Shown here: positions 9,592 through 18,557 of the stretch, one piece after another
How the letters are laid out: the number at the start of each line of letters is the position of its first letter
How positions within the stretch are numbered: position 1 is the first letter of the stretch
Assembly (NCBI GenBank): GCA_964373695.1
Contig: CAYJVT010000007.1
Coordinates: 1 to 47,778 of the forward strand
Reading direction: 5' to 3'
DNA: 47,778 bases
Origin: an uncultured archaeon
GTDB taxonomy: Archaea > Aenigmatarchaeota > Aenigmatarchaeia > GW2011-AR5
Notes under the pieces: generated by a model
The model's input: the letters and a program-made list of their open reading frames with translations, nothing else
Told to the model about the DNA's origin: nothing
Databases searched by the model: none
Made by a program: the position numbers and the translations under genes

Positions 9592-10482
9592 ATGTTTCCA
9601 TACTTCGAGAACCTCATCATCCTCGGCGGGATATTCTCCATACTCAGCGTCTCGCTTAATTTGTCGATGGGTTATACAGGGCTTTTCAACCTCGGTCATG
9701 CGGCATTCTTCGCGATAGGTGCTTACGTGTCGGCATTGGTTGTTCTTGGCCTTGGTCTGCCTTTCTGGGCTGCAATTCTTGCAGCAGGGCTCTTTGCAGC
9801 TGTCATGGGATATCTTGTCAGCGTGCCCGCCCGCCGGCTTACAGGCGATTACCTCGCTCTCGGTACGCTTGGCTTCGCCTTCATCGTCGAGGCGGTGCTG
9901 AAGAACTGGACCGACCTCACAAGGGGACCTCTGGGCATACCCGGAATCCCTAGGCCCGAACTGCTAGGCTATACGTTTTCAGGGCTTGGATCTTATCTGC
10001 TGCTTATACTGGCTTTTCTTGCCGCAACAGTCTTCGTTGTTCAAAGGACGGTCAATTCACCTTTCGGCCGCGTTCTCAAGTCAATCCGCGAGGACGAAAC
10101 GGCGGCGCAGGCTCTGGGCAAGAATACGCTGCGCTACAAGTCCTTGGCTCTTGCTGTATCAGCATTCTTCGCGGGCATTGCCGGCTCTTTGTACGCGCAC
10201 TATATAACCTTCATAGACCCGACAAGCTTCTCGTTCCCCGTTCTTATCCTGCTTTTGTCGATGGTCATCATAGGCGGCTCTGCGTCGATAAAGGGCTCTG
10301 TAGTTGGTGCTTTCTTGCTTATACTGCTTCCGGAACCGTTGCGCTTCATAGGTCTTCCTTCAAACCTCATAGGCGCAGGCAGGCAGATGATTTATGCGGT
10401 GTTGCTATTGGCAATACTGCTGAAGAAGCCTCAGGGACTGTTTGGCGAGTATGCTTTCAGGAAAGATTTAAATAGAAAATAG
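9592..10482 (+). CDS. livM: Branched-chain amino-acid ABC transporter permease
   Basis: SLNLSMGYTGLFNLGHAAFFAIGAY, GDYLALGTLGF, SPFGRVLKSIREDE; GGTGA RBS before ATG 9592. Confidence 0.93.
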   Translation: MFPYFENLIILGGIFSILSVSLNLSMGYTGLFNLGHAAFFAIGAYVSALVVLGLGLPFWAAILAAGLFAAVMGYLVSVPARRLTGDYLALGTLGFAFIVEAVLKNWTDLTRGPLGIPGIPRPELLGYTFSGLGSYLLLILAFLAATVFVVQRTVNSPFGRVLKSIREDETAAQALGKNTLRYKSLALAVSAFFAGIAGSLYAHYITFIDPTSFSFPVLILLLSMVIIGGSASIKGSVVGAFLLILLPEPLRFIGLPSNLIGAGRQMIYAVLLLAILLKKPQGLFGEYAFRKDLNRK

Positions 10483-10492
10483 ATATATTTAA

Positions 10493-10513
10493 ATATTTAG
10501 TGTTTCTAAATAT
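10493..10513. promoter_or_regulatory. Inverted repeat ATATTTAG-N5-CTAAATAT, likely autoregulatory operator of the downstream TA pair
   Basis: Perfect 8-bp arms immediately upstream of the antitoxin ATG. Confidence 0.5.
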
Positions 10514-10517
10514 ATTC

Positions 10518-10763
10518 ATGGGAACGATAACGATCAGTGTAGATGATAAAGTGGAAGAGAAATTCAGAAGAACTGTAGAGACGAGCGTAGGAAATAAAAA
10601 AGGAGATTTGGGCAAGGCTATTACAGAAGCCATGGATAAATGGGTAGAAGAGAAGAGGCAGAAAGAAATTGCAGAAAGGCAGATGGAACGTTCTAAAAAA
10701 GGGTTGTATAGTTTGCCAAAAGGCTGGAAATTCAACAGAGACGAAATATATGACAGAAAATGA
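10518..10763 (+). CDS. Ribbon-helix-helix antitoxin
   Basis: MGTITISVDD beta-strand then helices; ends F.RDEIYDR; overlaps the PIN gene. Confidence 0.75.
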   Translation: MGTITISVDDKVEEKFRRTVETSVGNKKGDLGKAITEAMDKWVEEKRQKEIAERQMERSKKGLYSLPKGWKFNRDEIYDRK

Positions 10764-11181
10764 GATATTTCTGGCCGATACAAATATTCTTGTTTATAAT
10801 TATGACAGGGCTGACATGAAAAAGCATATAATAGCAAAGGAAATTCTGGACTCGTGCTGGAAAAAGGAAATAAAATTGGCTGTGTCATCCCAAAATCTTT
10901 CAGAATTTTTTTCTGTAACTACTAGAAAAAGTTTTCTTAGCAAAAAAGATGCCATAGAATTTGTTTCAGATGTAATAGATTTTTCAGGCTGGATGAACTT
11001 GGATTTCAGCCACAAAACAGTCCTTGAAGCGTGCAAGATATCAGAAGAACATAATATGTCTTACTGGGATTCATTGCTGGCTGCAACTATGAAGCGAAAT
11101 AGCATACTGAATTTGTATACGGAAAATAAACAAGATTTCAAGGTTCCTTGGCTCAATGTTGTGAACCCGTTTGAGAGGTAA
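10750..11181 (+). CDS. vapC: PIN-domain (VapC-like) toxin
   Basis: FLADTNILVY, SQNLSEF, SYWDSLLAAT, LYTEN..DF. Confidence 0.88.
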   Translation: MTENEIFLADTNILVYNYDRADMKKHIIAKEILDSCWKKEIKLAVSSQNLSEFFSVTTRKSFLSKKDAIEFVSDVIDFSGWMNLDFSHKTVLEACKISEEHNMSYWDSLLAATMKRNSILNLYTENKQDFKVPWLNVVNPFER

Positions 11182-11191
11182 TATGAAATGA

Positions 11192-12292
11192 TTATCCGAT
11201 AAGGACGGCAGTGCCGTTTCTCACGACAAATATCCTTTCAAACCTTGGTGACATGCCGGTTTCATCAAAATCTATGTTCCCTAAAGCGCCTTCTATTTTA
11301 ATTTCATACAAGCCTTCTTTTATCTGCTCCCTACCAATGCCTTTTTCCCTTACTGCAGCATCCACTACATACATTACATCATAGCCTATTGCCACCACAG
11401 GAAGTATTTCAGGCTTTTCTCCATATCTGGCTTTGTACTTTTCCACAAGCTTGCGAAGTTTCTCATTTTCAGGCACATATACGCTTGTATGATAGATGCC
11501 TTCTGCTGCATTGCCTGCCGCATCTATTTGGTTCTGGTCTAAGGCATCCGCACTGATTATATGGCCTTTATATCCAAGCTCTCTCGATTGTTTTATGAGT
11601 GTATGAGGTAATATCAGAGGTGCATATATAGCATCTGTATTTTTTGATTTTGTTATAAATGTTCTGAAGTCTTTCTCATCAATTTCTGTGCCCTCGAAAA
11701 AGGCAATTTTGCCTCCTAGTGCCTCAAATTCTTTCTTAAATTCTTGCGAAATCAGGCTAGACCAGTCATCAAATGAGTAAACAATAGAGATGCTTTTAAT
11801 GCTGAGATTTCTATATGCAAATCCAGCCATTGTTTTGGCAGCATCTTCTGTCGAAAAGCCTATCCCAAACATATAATCACCTTTTGATATCTCATTGTTG
11901 GAGTCAAAGAGTATTACAACGGGCGTTTTTGATGTTTCAAAAATGGGTGATATAGATTTGCCTTCATTGGCAGCAGGAGCCAGAGCCACATCAACACCGT
12001 CTACATCTATAAGTTTTCTGCTGATTTCAACTGCTTTTTGAACATTGATGGTGCCTTCATCCTCAAAAATAACTTTATATTTTATGTCATTTTGATTAAG
12101 CTCATCCAGAGCGATTTCTATACCCCTCTGCATAGATGTGCCAAAAATGCTGTAGTCTCCTGAGAGCCATAGCATAGCTCCGACTTTCACTTCTTTCTCT
12201 GAAACAATTTTTCCAGTTGGCTGTAAAAAATAAGATATAGATGATATTATAACAATTGCTAAAATAACTGAAAGTATGATTTTTGCTTTCAT
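11192..12292 (-). CDS. Branched-chain amino-acid-type ABC substrate-binding protein
   Basis: N-terminal anchor, VKVGAMLWLSG, FEDEG, DFRTFITK, IGYDVM, G.IDFDETG. Confidence 0.88.
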   Translation of the reverse strand: MKAKIILSVILAIVIISSISYFLQPTGKIVSEKEVKVGAMLWLSGDYSIFGTSMQRGIEIALDELNQNDIKYKVIFEDEGTINVQKAVEISRKLIDVDGVDVALAPAANEGKSISPIFETSKTPVVILFDSNNEISKGDYMFGIGFSTEDAAKTMAGFAYRNLSIKSISIVYSFDDWSSLISQEFKKEFEALGGKIAFFEGTEIDEKDFRTFITKSKNTDAIYAPLILPHTLIKQSRELGYKGHIISADALDQNQIDAAGNAAEGIYHTSVYVPENEKLRKLVEKYKARYGEKPEILPVVAIGYDVMYVVDAAVREKGIGREQIKEGLYEIKIEGALGNIDFDETGMSPRFERIFVVRNGTAVLIG

Positions 12293-12340
12293 GACCACAT
12301 CATATTGTAGTTATGTATAAGTGGTGATATTAATGTGTGC

Positions 12341-12356
12341 TGTCGGTTAAACGACA
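12341..12356. promoter_or_regulatory. Palindrome TGTCG-N6-CGACA between the divergent SBP and TrmB genes; candidate TrmB operator
   Basis: Perfect 5-bp arms just upstream of a TTTAAA TATA-like box (12362). Confidence 0.45.
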
Positions 12357-12389
12357 ACAGATTTAAAGTAAAGAACAAATGCTAAAGAT

Positions 12390-13109
12390 ATGCAGAAAGA
12401 AGATGTGCTAAAGGAACTTGGATTATCAGAAGGGGAAATAAAGGTCTATATCGCCCTGCTCATTCTGGGCGAGAGCCAGGTAAATAAAATAAAGACGAAG
12501 ACGAAGATGCACAGAACCACGATATACGACTTTCTGGACAAGCTGATAAAGAAAGGCCTTGCGAGCTATGTTGTCAAAAATAATGTCAAATTCTACAGGT
12601 CAGCCCATCCATCAAAGCTGGAAGAGCTCATAAAGGAAAAGAAAGAGCATTTGGAAGAAGTGCTGCCTTCTTTGATAAAAATGTCAGAGCTCGAGAAAAA
12701 GCAGCTTAAAGTCGATGTATACGAAGGCGTAGAAGGATTCAAGACTTTGCTGAATAAAACCCTTAATGAATCCAAAGAACTTCTCAGTTTTGGAATCGAT
12801 GAGACAAAATTCGAGGAAAAGTTTCCGCATATTATTAAAAATTATATCAAAAAAGAGCGAAAGTTCGGGCATCGAGAGCGCCTTATTGCTGAAAAAAGCA
12901 CCAAGTTTGTGTACAAATATTCCCATATGCATTATAGATACATAGATAAAAAATTCTTCAGCCCGACACCGACAATGATATTCGGCAATAATGTGGGGTT
13001 TCTAATATGGGACCCGCTTACGGTAATAATGATAAATAACAATGACCTCGCCGATGCCTACAGGAAGCATTTCGAGCTTCTCTGGAAGATTGCTGACAAG
13101 AAGCCGTAA
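12390..13109 (+). CDS. TrmB-family transcriptional regulator
   Basis: LKELGLSEGEIKVYIALL, HRTTIYDFLDKLIKKGL wHTH; VYEGVEG; C-terminal effector domain. Confidence 0.88.
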   Translation: MQKEDVLKELGLSEGEIKVYIALLILGESQVNKIKTKTKMHRTTIYDFLDKLIKKGLASYVVKNNVKFYRSAHPSKLEELIKEKKEHLEEVLPSLIKMSELEKKQLKVDVYEGVEGFKTLLNKTLNESKELLSFGIDETKFEEKFPHIIKNYIKKERKFGHRERLIAEKSTKFVYKYSHMHYRYIDKKFFSPTPTMIFGNNVGFLIWDPLTVIMINNNDLADAYRKHFELLWKIADKKP

Positions 13110-13137
13110 ATTTAAGCCCATCAGAGAATTATTCCTT

Positions 13138-13890
13138 ATGCTCCAAATCAAAAACATCTCAAAGAGTTTTGACGGCATCCAGGCGCTGGATTCATGCTCA
13201 TTTGAGGTGAAGGAAGGCGAAATTCTCGGTCTTATAGGCCCCAACGGCTCCGGCAAGACGACGATGTTCAACGTCATAACGGGTATTTATACGACTGACG
13301 ACGGCGCTATAAAATACAGGGGCGAGAACATAACAAGATGGTCTTCCGACAGGCGCGCCAGATTTGGCATAGGCCGGACATTCCAGCTTATCAGGCTGTT
13401 CCCGAAACTGACGGTCATGGACAATATGCTGATAGCGCAGAAGTATGTGCACGGGGAGGGCTTTTGGAGCCAGTTCCTCAGAAAAAGGCATGTTGAAGAC
13501 GAGGAAAAGGCAAAAAGAAAGCGTTCGATGGAGCTGCTCAGGATGGTGAATCTTCACGGAAAGGCTGGCAGTCTGGCGGAGAATCTGAGCTACGGGCAGC
13601 AGAAGCTGCTTGAGATTGTGCGCGCCTTGGCGACGGAGCCTGAAATACTTCTCTTAGATGAGCCCATAGCAGGCGTCAATCCGACGATGACAAAACAGAT
13701 ATTAACTCTCATAACATCCCTTAACAGGAAAGGCATGACCATCGTCATCATTGAGCACAACATGAACGTGATGATGAATTTCTGCGACCGCATGGTTGTT
13801 CTGGATTATGGAAAGGAAATCGCCGCGGGCAAGCCTTCGCAGATAAGAAAGAATAAAAAAGTCATTGAGGCGTATCTGGGAAGGAAGTGA
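13138..13890 (+). CDS. livG: Branched-chain amino-acid ABC transporter ATP-binding protein
   Basis: GPNGSGKTT, RTFQLIRLF, LSYGQQKLLEI, LLLDEP; start moved to ATG 13138. Confidence 0.93.
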   Translation: MLQIKNISKSFDGIQALDSCSFEVKEGEILGLIGPNGSGKTTMFNVITGIYTTDDGAIKYRGENITRWSSDRRARFGIGRTFQLIRLFPKLTVMDNMLIAQKYVHGEGFWSQFLRKRHVEDEEKAKRKRSMELLRMVNLHGKAGSLAENLSYGQQKLLEIVRALATEPEILLLDEPIAGVNPTMTKQILTLITSLNRKGMTIVIIEHNMNVMMNFCDRMVVLDYGKEIAAGKPSQIRKNKKVIEAYLGRK

Positions 13891-13892
13891 TT

Positions 13893-14357
13893 ATGAAAGA
13901 TAAAACTGCTATCAGAGATAAGACGCAAAATCTTATGAAAATAATAGGAGACTTCTGTGATGCACACCTTGATGATGAATACAAACAATTGTGCGAAAAA
14001 CTTATACAAAAAATGTTGCGCAAAAGATATGTTCCTTTCATTTATGGGAAAATAGAAATATGGGCGTCTGCTGTTATTTATTCAATAGGTACTATTAATT
14101 TTCTTTTTGACAAGAGCTTCAAGCCCTATCTGAGAGCCGATGATATTTGCAATTATTTTGGCACATCAAAAAGCACCACTTCACAGAAGTCTAAACTTAT
14201 CCGCGATACGTTGAAACTCAGATATTGGGACGATGAATTTTCCACAGCGTTCATGAAGGAGAACAACCCTTTTTCAGACTTGGTAATGATAAACGGGATG
14301 ATAGTAGACATAAAGTCTTTGCCTCTTCACATTCAGAAATTATATATGAAAAAATAG
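13893..14357 (+). CDS. DUF6398-like hypothetical protein
   Basis: FC..HLDDEY..LC.KL..K..RK, IWASAVIYSIG.INFLFDKS, FG.SKST..QKSK.IRD pattern. Confidence 0.7.
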   Translation: MKDKTAIRDKTQNLMKIIGDFCDAHLDDEYKQLCEKLIQKMLRKRYVPFIYGKIEIWASAVIYSIGTINFLFDKSFKPYLRADDICNYFGTSKSTTSQKSKLIRDTLKLRYWDDEFSTAFMKENNPFSDLVMINGMIVDIKSLPLHIQKLYMKK

Positions 14358-14403
14358 CGTATTTTTGAAAAAAATACTTCATAATCTGCTTAAAATACCC
14401 TGA

Positions 14404-14547
14404 CGGATTTTTCTAAAAGATAACATATATAAGATAAATAATTTTCATGGAGCTTCAAACATAATCACAATAAATGAAAATGGCTCTTCGCCAATGACAG
14501 AAAGAGTATTTCGGATAAGAAATGGCAGCTTTGTTTTGGTGAAGTGA
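14404..14547 (+). pseudogene. Relic 3' end of a further Liv-type substrate-binding protein gene
   Basis: My translation: (R)IFLKDNIYKINNFHGASNIITINENGSSPMTERVFRIRNGSFVLVK*, which aligns with the C-termini of the intact SBPs at 11192 and 16704; no start codon, in-frame TGA at 14401. Confidence 0.7.
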
Positions 14548-14552
14548 AAATA

Positions 14553-14936
14553 TCAGTAAGTCTCTATTCGGAGGCCTTTCACACGCGCAAAATGTTCATC
14601 GCGTGTCAGGAGAGTCTGGCCATTCTTTATGGCGATGCCGGCTATCATGCTGTCTTCGGGATCAATTCTTATGCCTCTTGATATCAGGTTCAGATGAATT
14701 TCACCGCCTTTTTTGGTGCTTTCGTTGTTCAATGCGAATTGCTCGAAACTTTCGGTAAATTTCTCCAGCTTTTCCCGTTTTTCTTTGTTTTTTGCATCTA
14801 GGGAGTGCCAGAGTTCGAAAATGGTCACAGATGTTATGAAAACCGGCTCTTGTTTTTTCTCCAATTCGGCAGTTTTTTCTATTGCATTTTGCCTGTTCTT
14901 CATCAAATCGATGACAAAAGTCGTGTCCAGTATCAT
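14553..14936 (-). CDS. vapC: PIN-domain (VapC) toxin
   Basis: [34 protein letters not shown]. Confidence 0.9.
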   Translation of the reverse strand: MILDTTFVIDLMKNRQNAIEKTAELEKKQEPVFITSVTIFELWHSLDAKNKEKREKLEKFTESFEQFALNNESTKKGGEIHLNLISRGIRIDPEDSMIAGIAIKNGQTLLTRDEHFARVKGLRIETY

Positions 14937-15169
14937 TCGTTCAGCATCTTCCTTATTCTTTCCGCTCTTTCGGCGGACAGTTTTCTCGCTTCTCTTATCC
15001 TCTCCTCGGCTTCATCAGCTTCCTTCTCGGTTAGCATGCCGGCAAAGTCCATAAGGCGCCCTTTTTTTGTAAGTTTGATTATGACATTGCTGAAGCTGTC
15101 TTTTTCCTCTTTCCTGGCTTTCAGCCTCTCATAAGCCTCTTCCGTAATGGTTATAGTCCGTGTTGGCAT
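14933..15169 (-). CDS. vapB: Archaeal VapB-family antitoxin
   Basis: [18 protein letters not shown]...SFS.VI; 4-bp overlap with vapC. Confidence 0.85.
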   Translation of the reverse strand: MPTRTITITEEAYERLKARKEEKDSFSNVIIKLTKKGRLMDFAGMLTEKEADEAEERIREARKLSAERAERIRKMLNE

Positions 15170-15170
15170 G

Positions 15171-15195
15171 TGTATGTACATGTATGTACATGTAT
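15171..15195. promoter_or_regulatory. Direct repeats with 10-bp period (TGTATGTACA x2.5), candidate VapB operator
   Basis: Directly upstream of the vapB start codon. Confidence 0.5.
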
Positions 15196-15245
15196 TTAAA
15201 ATATCTTTAAATATTAGTGGGTATAAATATGGTATGGGAAGTTAT

Positions 15246-15470
15246 ATGGGAAGTAGTACCATAGAAGAGCGCGGCAGGATATTGATACCCAAAGAACTGA
15301 GGAAGGAACTGAGCCTGAAGCCTGGGCAGCAGGTAATTGTAGAAAGAAAAGAAGGAGGAATTTTTATAAACCCTGTAATAGATGTAAAAAAGCTTTCTTC
15401 GGAACTTTGTGGCTGCGTCAAAAAATCAAAAATTCGCCCAAACGACGTTAAAAACATATGGCATATGTAG
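15246..15470 (+). CDS. AbrB/MazE/SpoVT-family antitoxin
   Basis: STIEERGRILIPKELRKELSLKPG swapped-hairpin motif. Confidence 0.85.
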   Translation: MGSSTIEERGRILIPKELRKELSLKPGQQVIVERKEGGIFINPVIDVKKLSSELCGCVKKSKIRPNDVKNIWHM

Positions 15471-15478
15471 GTGCTCTG

Positions 15479-15886
15479 ATGGTTCTTGTAGATTCCAATA
15501 TGTGGTGTTTTTATTTTGATGAATCTTCAAAGGAGCACAATAAAGTAAAGGTGGCTTTGGAAGATGTTATATTAAAAGAGCAAATTATTTCGAACAGCGT
15601 TGTGATTATGGAAGTATCCCATTTTCTGGTAAAAAATCTCGGCCCTGTGATCGGCAAAACTAAAGTTGATATACTTCTTTCTTTTCCGATAACAATAGAT
15701 GATGTGGATTTTTCTCTAATGAAACAATCAATTAACATGCTTTGCGATCATTCCCATATAGGTATAGGAGGCCGTGATGCCACATTATTGGCAACTCTTA
15801 AGAGGACAAAAACAGACAAAATAATGACAAATGACAGTGCATTTAAAAAAATAGATTGGGTTGATGTTTTTGACCCGTTAGAATAA
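15479..15886 (+). CDS. vapC: PIN-domain toxin
   Basis: VLVDSN, VIMEV, GGRDATLLAT, IMTND.AF. Confidence 0.85.
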   Translation: MVLVDSNMWCFYFDESSKEHNKVKVALEDVILKEQIISNSVVIMEVSHFLVKNLGPVIGKTKVDILLSFPITIDDVDFSLMKQSINMLCDHSHIGIGGRDATLLATLKRTKTDKIMTNDSAFKKIDWVDVFDPLE

Positions 15887-16621
15887 TTATTTCTTCGCGA
15901 TTTTCCACAAGCTCTCGAAAAGAATGCGCTGCGAATCTGCAATTTCCTTGTTTTCTATGATGATTGCTATGGGCTCTTTCTTCATAAAAGTGAGGATTGC
16001 GAGTTTATTCCCGTAGATATATACGACAGTTTCCATGTCTTTCATCTCATCGAGAAACCTGATTTCGCGAAGCTCTTTCTTGTTGTGTAGCGCCAGTTCT
16101 TTTGAAGTTCTTGACTTTTCCAGAATGAGTCGTGAATGGATGCCGGCTTTGATGCGCCTTTTCACGAATACAGGAAGAAAATAAGTTAGCATTTCCCACG
16201 AATGTTCCGCGTTGCCATATCCTGCGAGATCGCTCCCCGTTGCTAGAATGTCTGCATACACACTTTTCAGCCCCGGCAGGCCTTCAAACATCTGCATTTT
16301 CGGCTTTGCTATTATGCTTGTCTTCATGGATTCCATGTTTTCCAAGATATTCTCAACTTTTCTCTTTTTCTCGTCAAGGAGATTGAGAATCTGCTTTGGC
16401 TCTGTGGCACTGTAGTACCTCACTCCAGATTTTATGACGGATGCCGCAAACCCCTTGCTTACAAGTGATCTCAGAATATCATATGATGTTGTCCGCAGGA
16501 TTCCGGCTTTTTTCGATATTTCTTCAACCCGTGCAGAGCCAAGCCTGAGATTGGCGATATACAATTTTATCTCATTTTGCGTCAAGCCAAGTTCAGCCAG
16601 TGTGCTCTCGATTTCTTCCAT
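15887..16621 (-). CDS. TrmB-family transcriptional regulator
   Basis: LAELGLTQNEIKLY, LRTTSYDILRSLVSKG, MFEGLPG; paralog of 12390..13109; start moved to ATG 16621. Confidence 0.88.
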   Translation of the reverse strand: MEEIESTLAELGLTQNEIKLYIANLRLGSARVEEISKKAGILRTTSYDILRSLVSKGFAASVIKSGVRYYSATEPKQILNLLDEKKRKVENILENMESMKTSIIAKPKMQMFEGLPGLKSVYADILATGSDLAGYGNAEHSWEMLTYFLPVFVKRRIKAGIHSRLILEKSRTSKELALHNKKELREIRFLDEMKDMETVVYIYGNKLAILTFMKKEPIAIIIENKEIADSQRILFESLWKIAKK

Positions 16622-16649
16622 GATCACGATTGTATGCAACACATAAAAA

Positions 16650-16668
16650 GTCGTCGAATATAGACTAC
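16650..16668. promoter_or_regulatory. Imperfect palindrome GTCGTC-N7-GACTAC, candidate TrmB operator
   Basis: One mismatch; lies in the TrmB/SBP divergent intergenic region. Confidence 0.35.
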
Positions 16669-16703
16669 ACAATAATAAATTCTATAGTCACCTATAAGTA
16701 AAT

Positions 16704-17819
16704 ATGAAGGTTTGGGGCTATGTGGTTTTAGCAGCTGCTATTGTAATTGCAGCCGCATCCATAATGGTTATTACAGGAAACAGCATCAGCGACAAAACAA
16801 GCTATGGTACAATCAAAATAGGTGTTTTTGTCCCTTTAACAGGACCTTTGGCGCTTCAAGGCAATACAGTAAGAGACGGTCTTGATATGGCACATTCTCA
16901 GCGGCCGCAGAATATAGAACTGGTCTTTGAGGATGACAGGGCAGTGCCCCAGGAAGCCGTGAAAATCGCCACGAAATTCATGGAAACCGACGGCATAAAT
17001 ATTCTTATCGGCGCCAGCAGCGGCTCGACTCTTGCTGTAGCGCCTCTGGCAGGGCAGAAAAAGGCGCTGCTTGCAAGCCCGTTGGCTGCTACGCCTTCGC
17101 TTACTTCGGCAGGCGATTATGTATTCCGCACGTCATCATCTTCTGACAGGATGGCGCAGACAGCTGCAAAGATACTGAAAGAGAAAGGCATAAACAGGGT
17201 GGCTGTCTTGCATGAAAACATTGAATACACCACAGGCTGGAAAAACGCCTTTGTGAAAAGGTTTGAGGAGCTGGGCGGAGCTATGACAGGAGTTGAGAGT
17301 TTTGAGCAGGGCGCAAATGATGTCCGCTCGCAGCTCATAAAGCTGAAAGAAAGCAATCCTGACGCAATATTCCTGATGGCGCAGAGCACCCAGTCAGCCA
17401 GAAATCTGCTTAAGCAGCATAAAGAGCTTGGCATTGAATTTCAATTGATAGGCACTGAAGTATTCGGCTTCAAGGACATTTTGCGTGAAAAAGATTTGAC
17501 CGAAGGCATGCTTGTTTTAACCTACAAATATGACCTGAATTCGATGGAAATGAAATCATTCCTTGCTGCATTCAAAGACAAATATGGCAGGCCTATGGAA
17601 GAAGAGGTTTATGGCGCTTTGGCTTATGATTTATACAATATATTTTCAGATGCAATAGAAATATGCAGCGATGATACAGAATGCATAAAAAACAGGCTTT
17701 ATGCGGTGCAAAATTACAAAGGCGCAAGCGGAACATTTTCTATTGATTCTAACGGCGATGCCATGCATGACTTTGTTCTGAGAAAAGCCGAGAACGGAAT
17801 TCTTGTAGAAAACATATAG
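16704..17819 (+). CDS. Branched-chain amino-acid-type ABC substrate-binding protein
   Basis: IKIGVFVPLTG, FEDDR, DVRSQLIKLK, ALAYD, YKGASGTFSIDSNGD. Confidence 0.9.
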   Translation: MKVWGYVVLAAAIVIAAASIMVITGNSISDKTSYGTIKIGVFVPLTGPLALQGNTVRDGLDMAHSQRPQNIELVFEDDRAVPQEAVKIATKFMETDGINILIGASSGSTLAVAPLAGQKKALLASPLAATPSLTSAGDYVFRTSSSSDRMAQTAAKILKEKGINRVAVLHENIEYTTGWKNAFVKRFEELGGAMTGVESFEQGANDVRSQLIKLKESNPDAIFLMAQSTQSARNLLKQHKELGIEFQLIGTEVFGFKDILREKDLTEGMLVLTYKYDLNSMEMKSFLAAFKDKYGRPMEEEVYGALAYDLYNIFSDAIEICSDDTECIKNRLYAVQNYKGASGTFSIDSNGDAMHDFVLRKAENGILVENI

Positions 17820-17825
17820 CTTAAT

Positions 17826-17867
17826 AAACATAGATAAGTTTAAATAATTAAACATAGGTAAACATAC
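17826..17867. promoter_or_regulatory. AAACATA(G/C) direct repeats at 17826, 17850 and 17860, candidate VapB operator
   Basis: Three copies, the last two 10 bp apart, ending 1 nt before the vapB ATG. Confidence 0.45.
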
Positions 17868-17868
17868 T

Positions 17869-18117
17869 ATGACAGTCAAAACAATAACAGTCACAGAAGA
17901 TGCATACGAAGCCCTGAAGTCCAAGAAGGAGCCTAATGAAAGCTTTAGCGAAGCTATTTTGCGGATAACAAAAAGAAGGCCTTTGTCCGAATTCTATGGG
18001 ATTTTAAAAGGAGAAAGCGGAGAGGAATTTGAAAAAGCTATCATGGAGAGGAGAAAGGCCCATACAAAAAGCCATTTGGAAAGGATAGAGCGCATAAGAA
18101 AGGAGCTGGGCGGATGA
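17869..18117 (+). CDS. vapB: Archaeal VapB-family antitoxin
   Basis: KTITVTEDAYEALK..K...ESFSE.I; paralog of 14933..15169. Confidence 0.87.
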   Translation: MTVKTITVTEDAYEALKSKKEPNESFSEAILRITKRRPLSEFYGILKGESGEEFEKAIMERRKAHTKSHLERIERIRKELGG

Positions 18118-18506
18118 CATGCCTTGAAACGACATTTCTCATAGATATTTTATTGGGCAAAAAAGAAATAAATGAATTGAAAGACGAATTAAGCAAAACT
18201 GAACCGCTTCTTACAATAGCTGCCCCATCCATAATGGAAATTTGGATGGGTGCTTCAATAAGCAAACAACCCGATTCCAAAAAAGATAAAATAAATGAAT
18301 TGATTTCATCTTTTACTATCCTCTCGCTGGATGAAAAAAGCGCCAAGGAAGCAGGAGAAATAGAAGCAGACCTCATGAAAAAAGGGGAAATTATAGAAAC
18401 AGAAGATATGATGATCGCAGCTATAGCAAAGGCCAATGGAGAAAAACTTGTTACAAGGGACGAGCATTATGTCAGAATTCCTGGGCTCAGGATACTGAAA
18501 TACTAG
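18114..18506 (+). CDS. vapC: PIN-domain (VapC) toxin
   Basis: CLETTFLID, SIMEI, DMMIAAIA, LVTRDEHY. Confidence 0.87.
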   Translation: MTCLETTFLIDILLGKKEINELKDELSKTEPLLTIAAPSIMEIWMGASISKQPDSKKDKINELISSFTILSLDEKSAKEAGEIEADLMKKGEIIETEDMMIAAIAKANGEKLVTRDEHYVRIPGLRILKY

Positions 18507-18557
18507 AAACAAACGTATTGGAAGAATACATTTAACCCCTTCTGTCAAGTATTTATT

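Noticed and set aside
6437-12311. Shared ATATTGTAGTT 11-mer in two regulator/SBP intergenic regions
   Set aside because: AT-rich, inconsistent orientation relative to the SBP genes, and absent from the third pair
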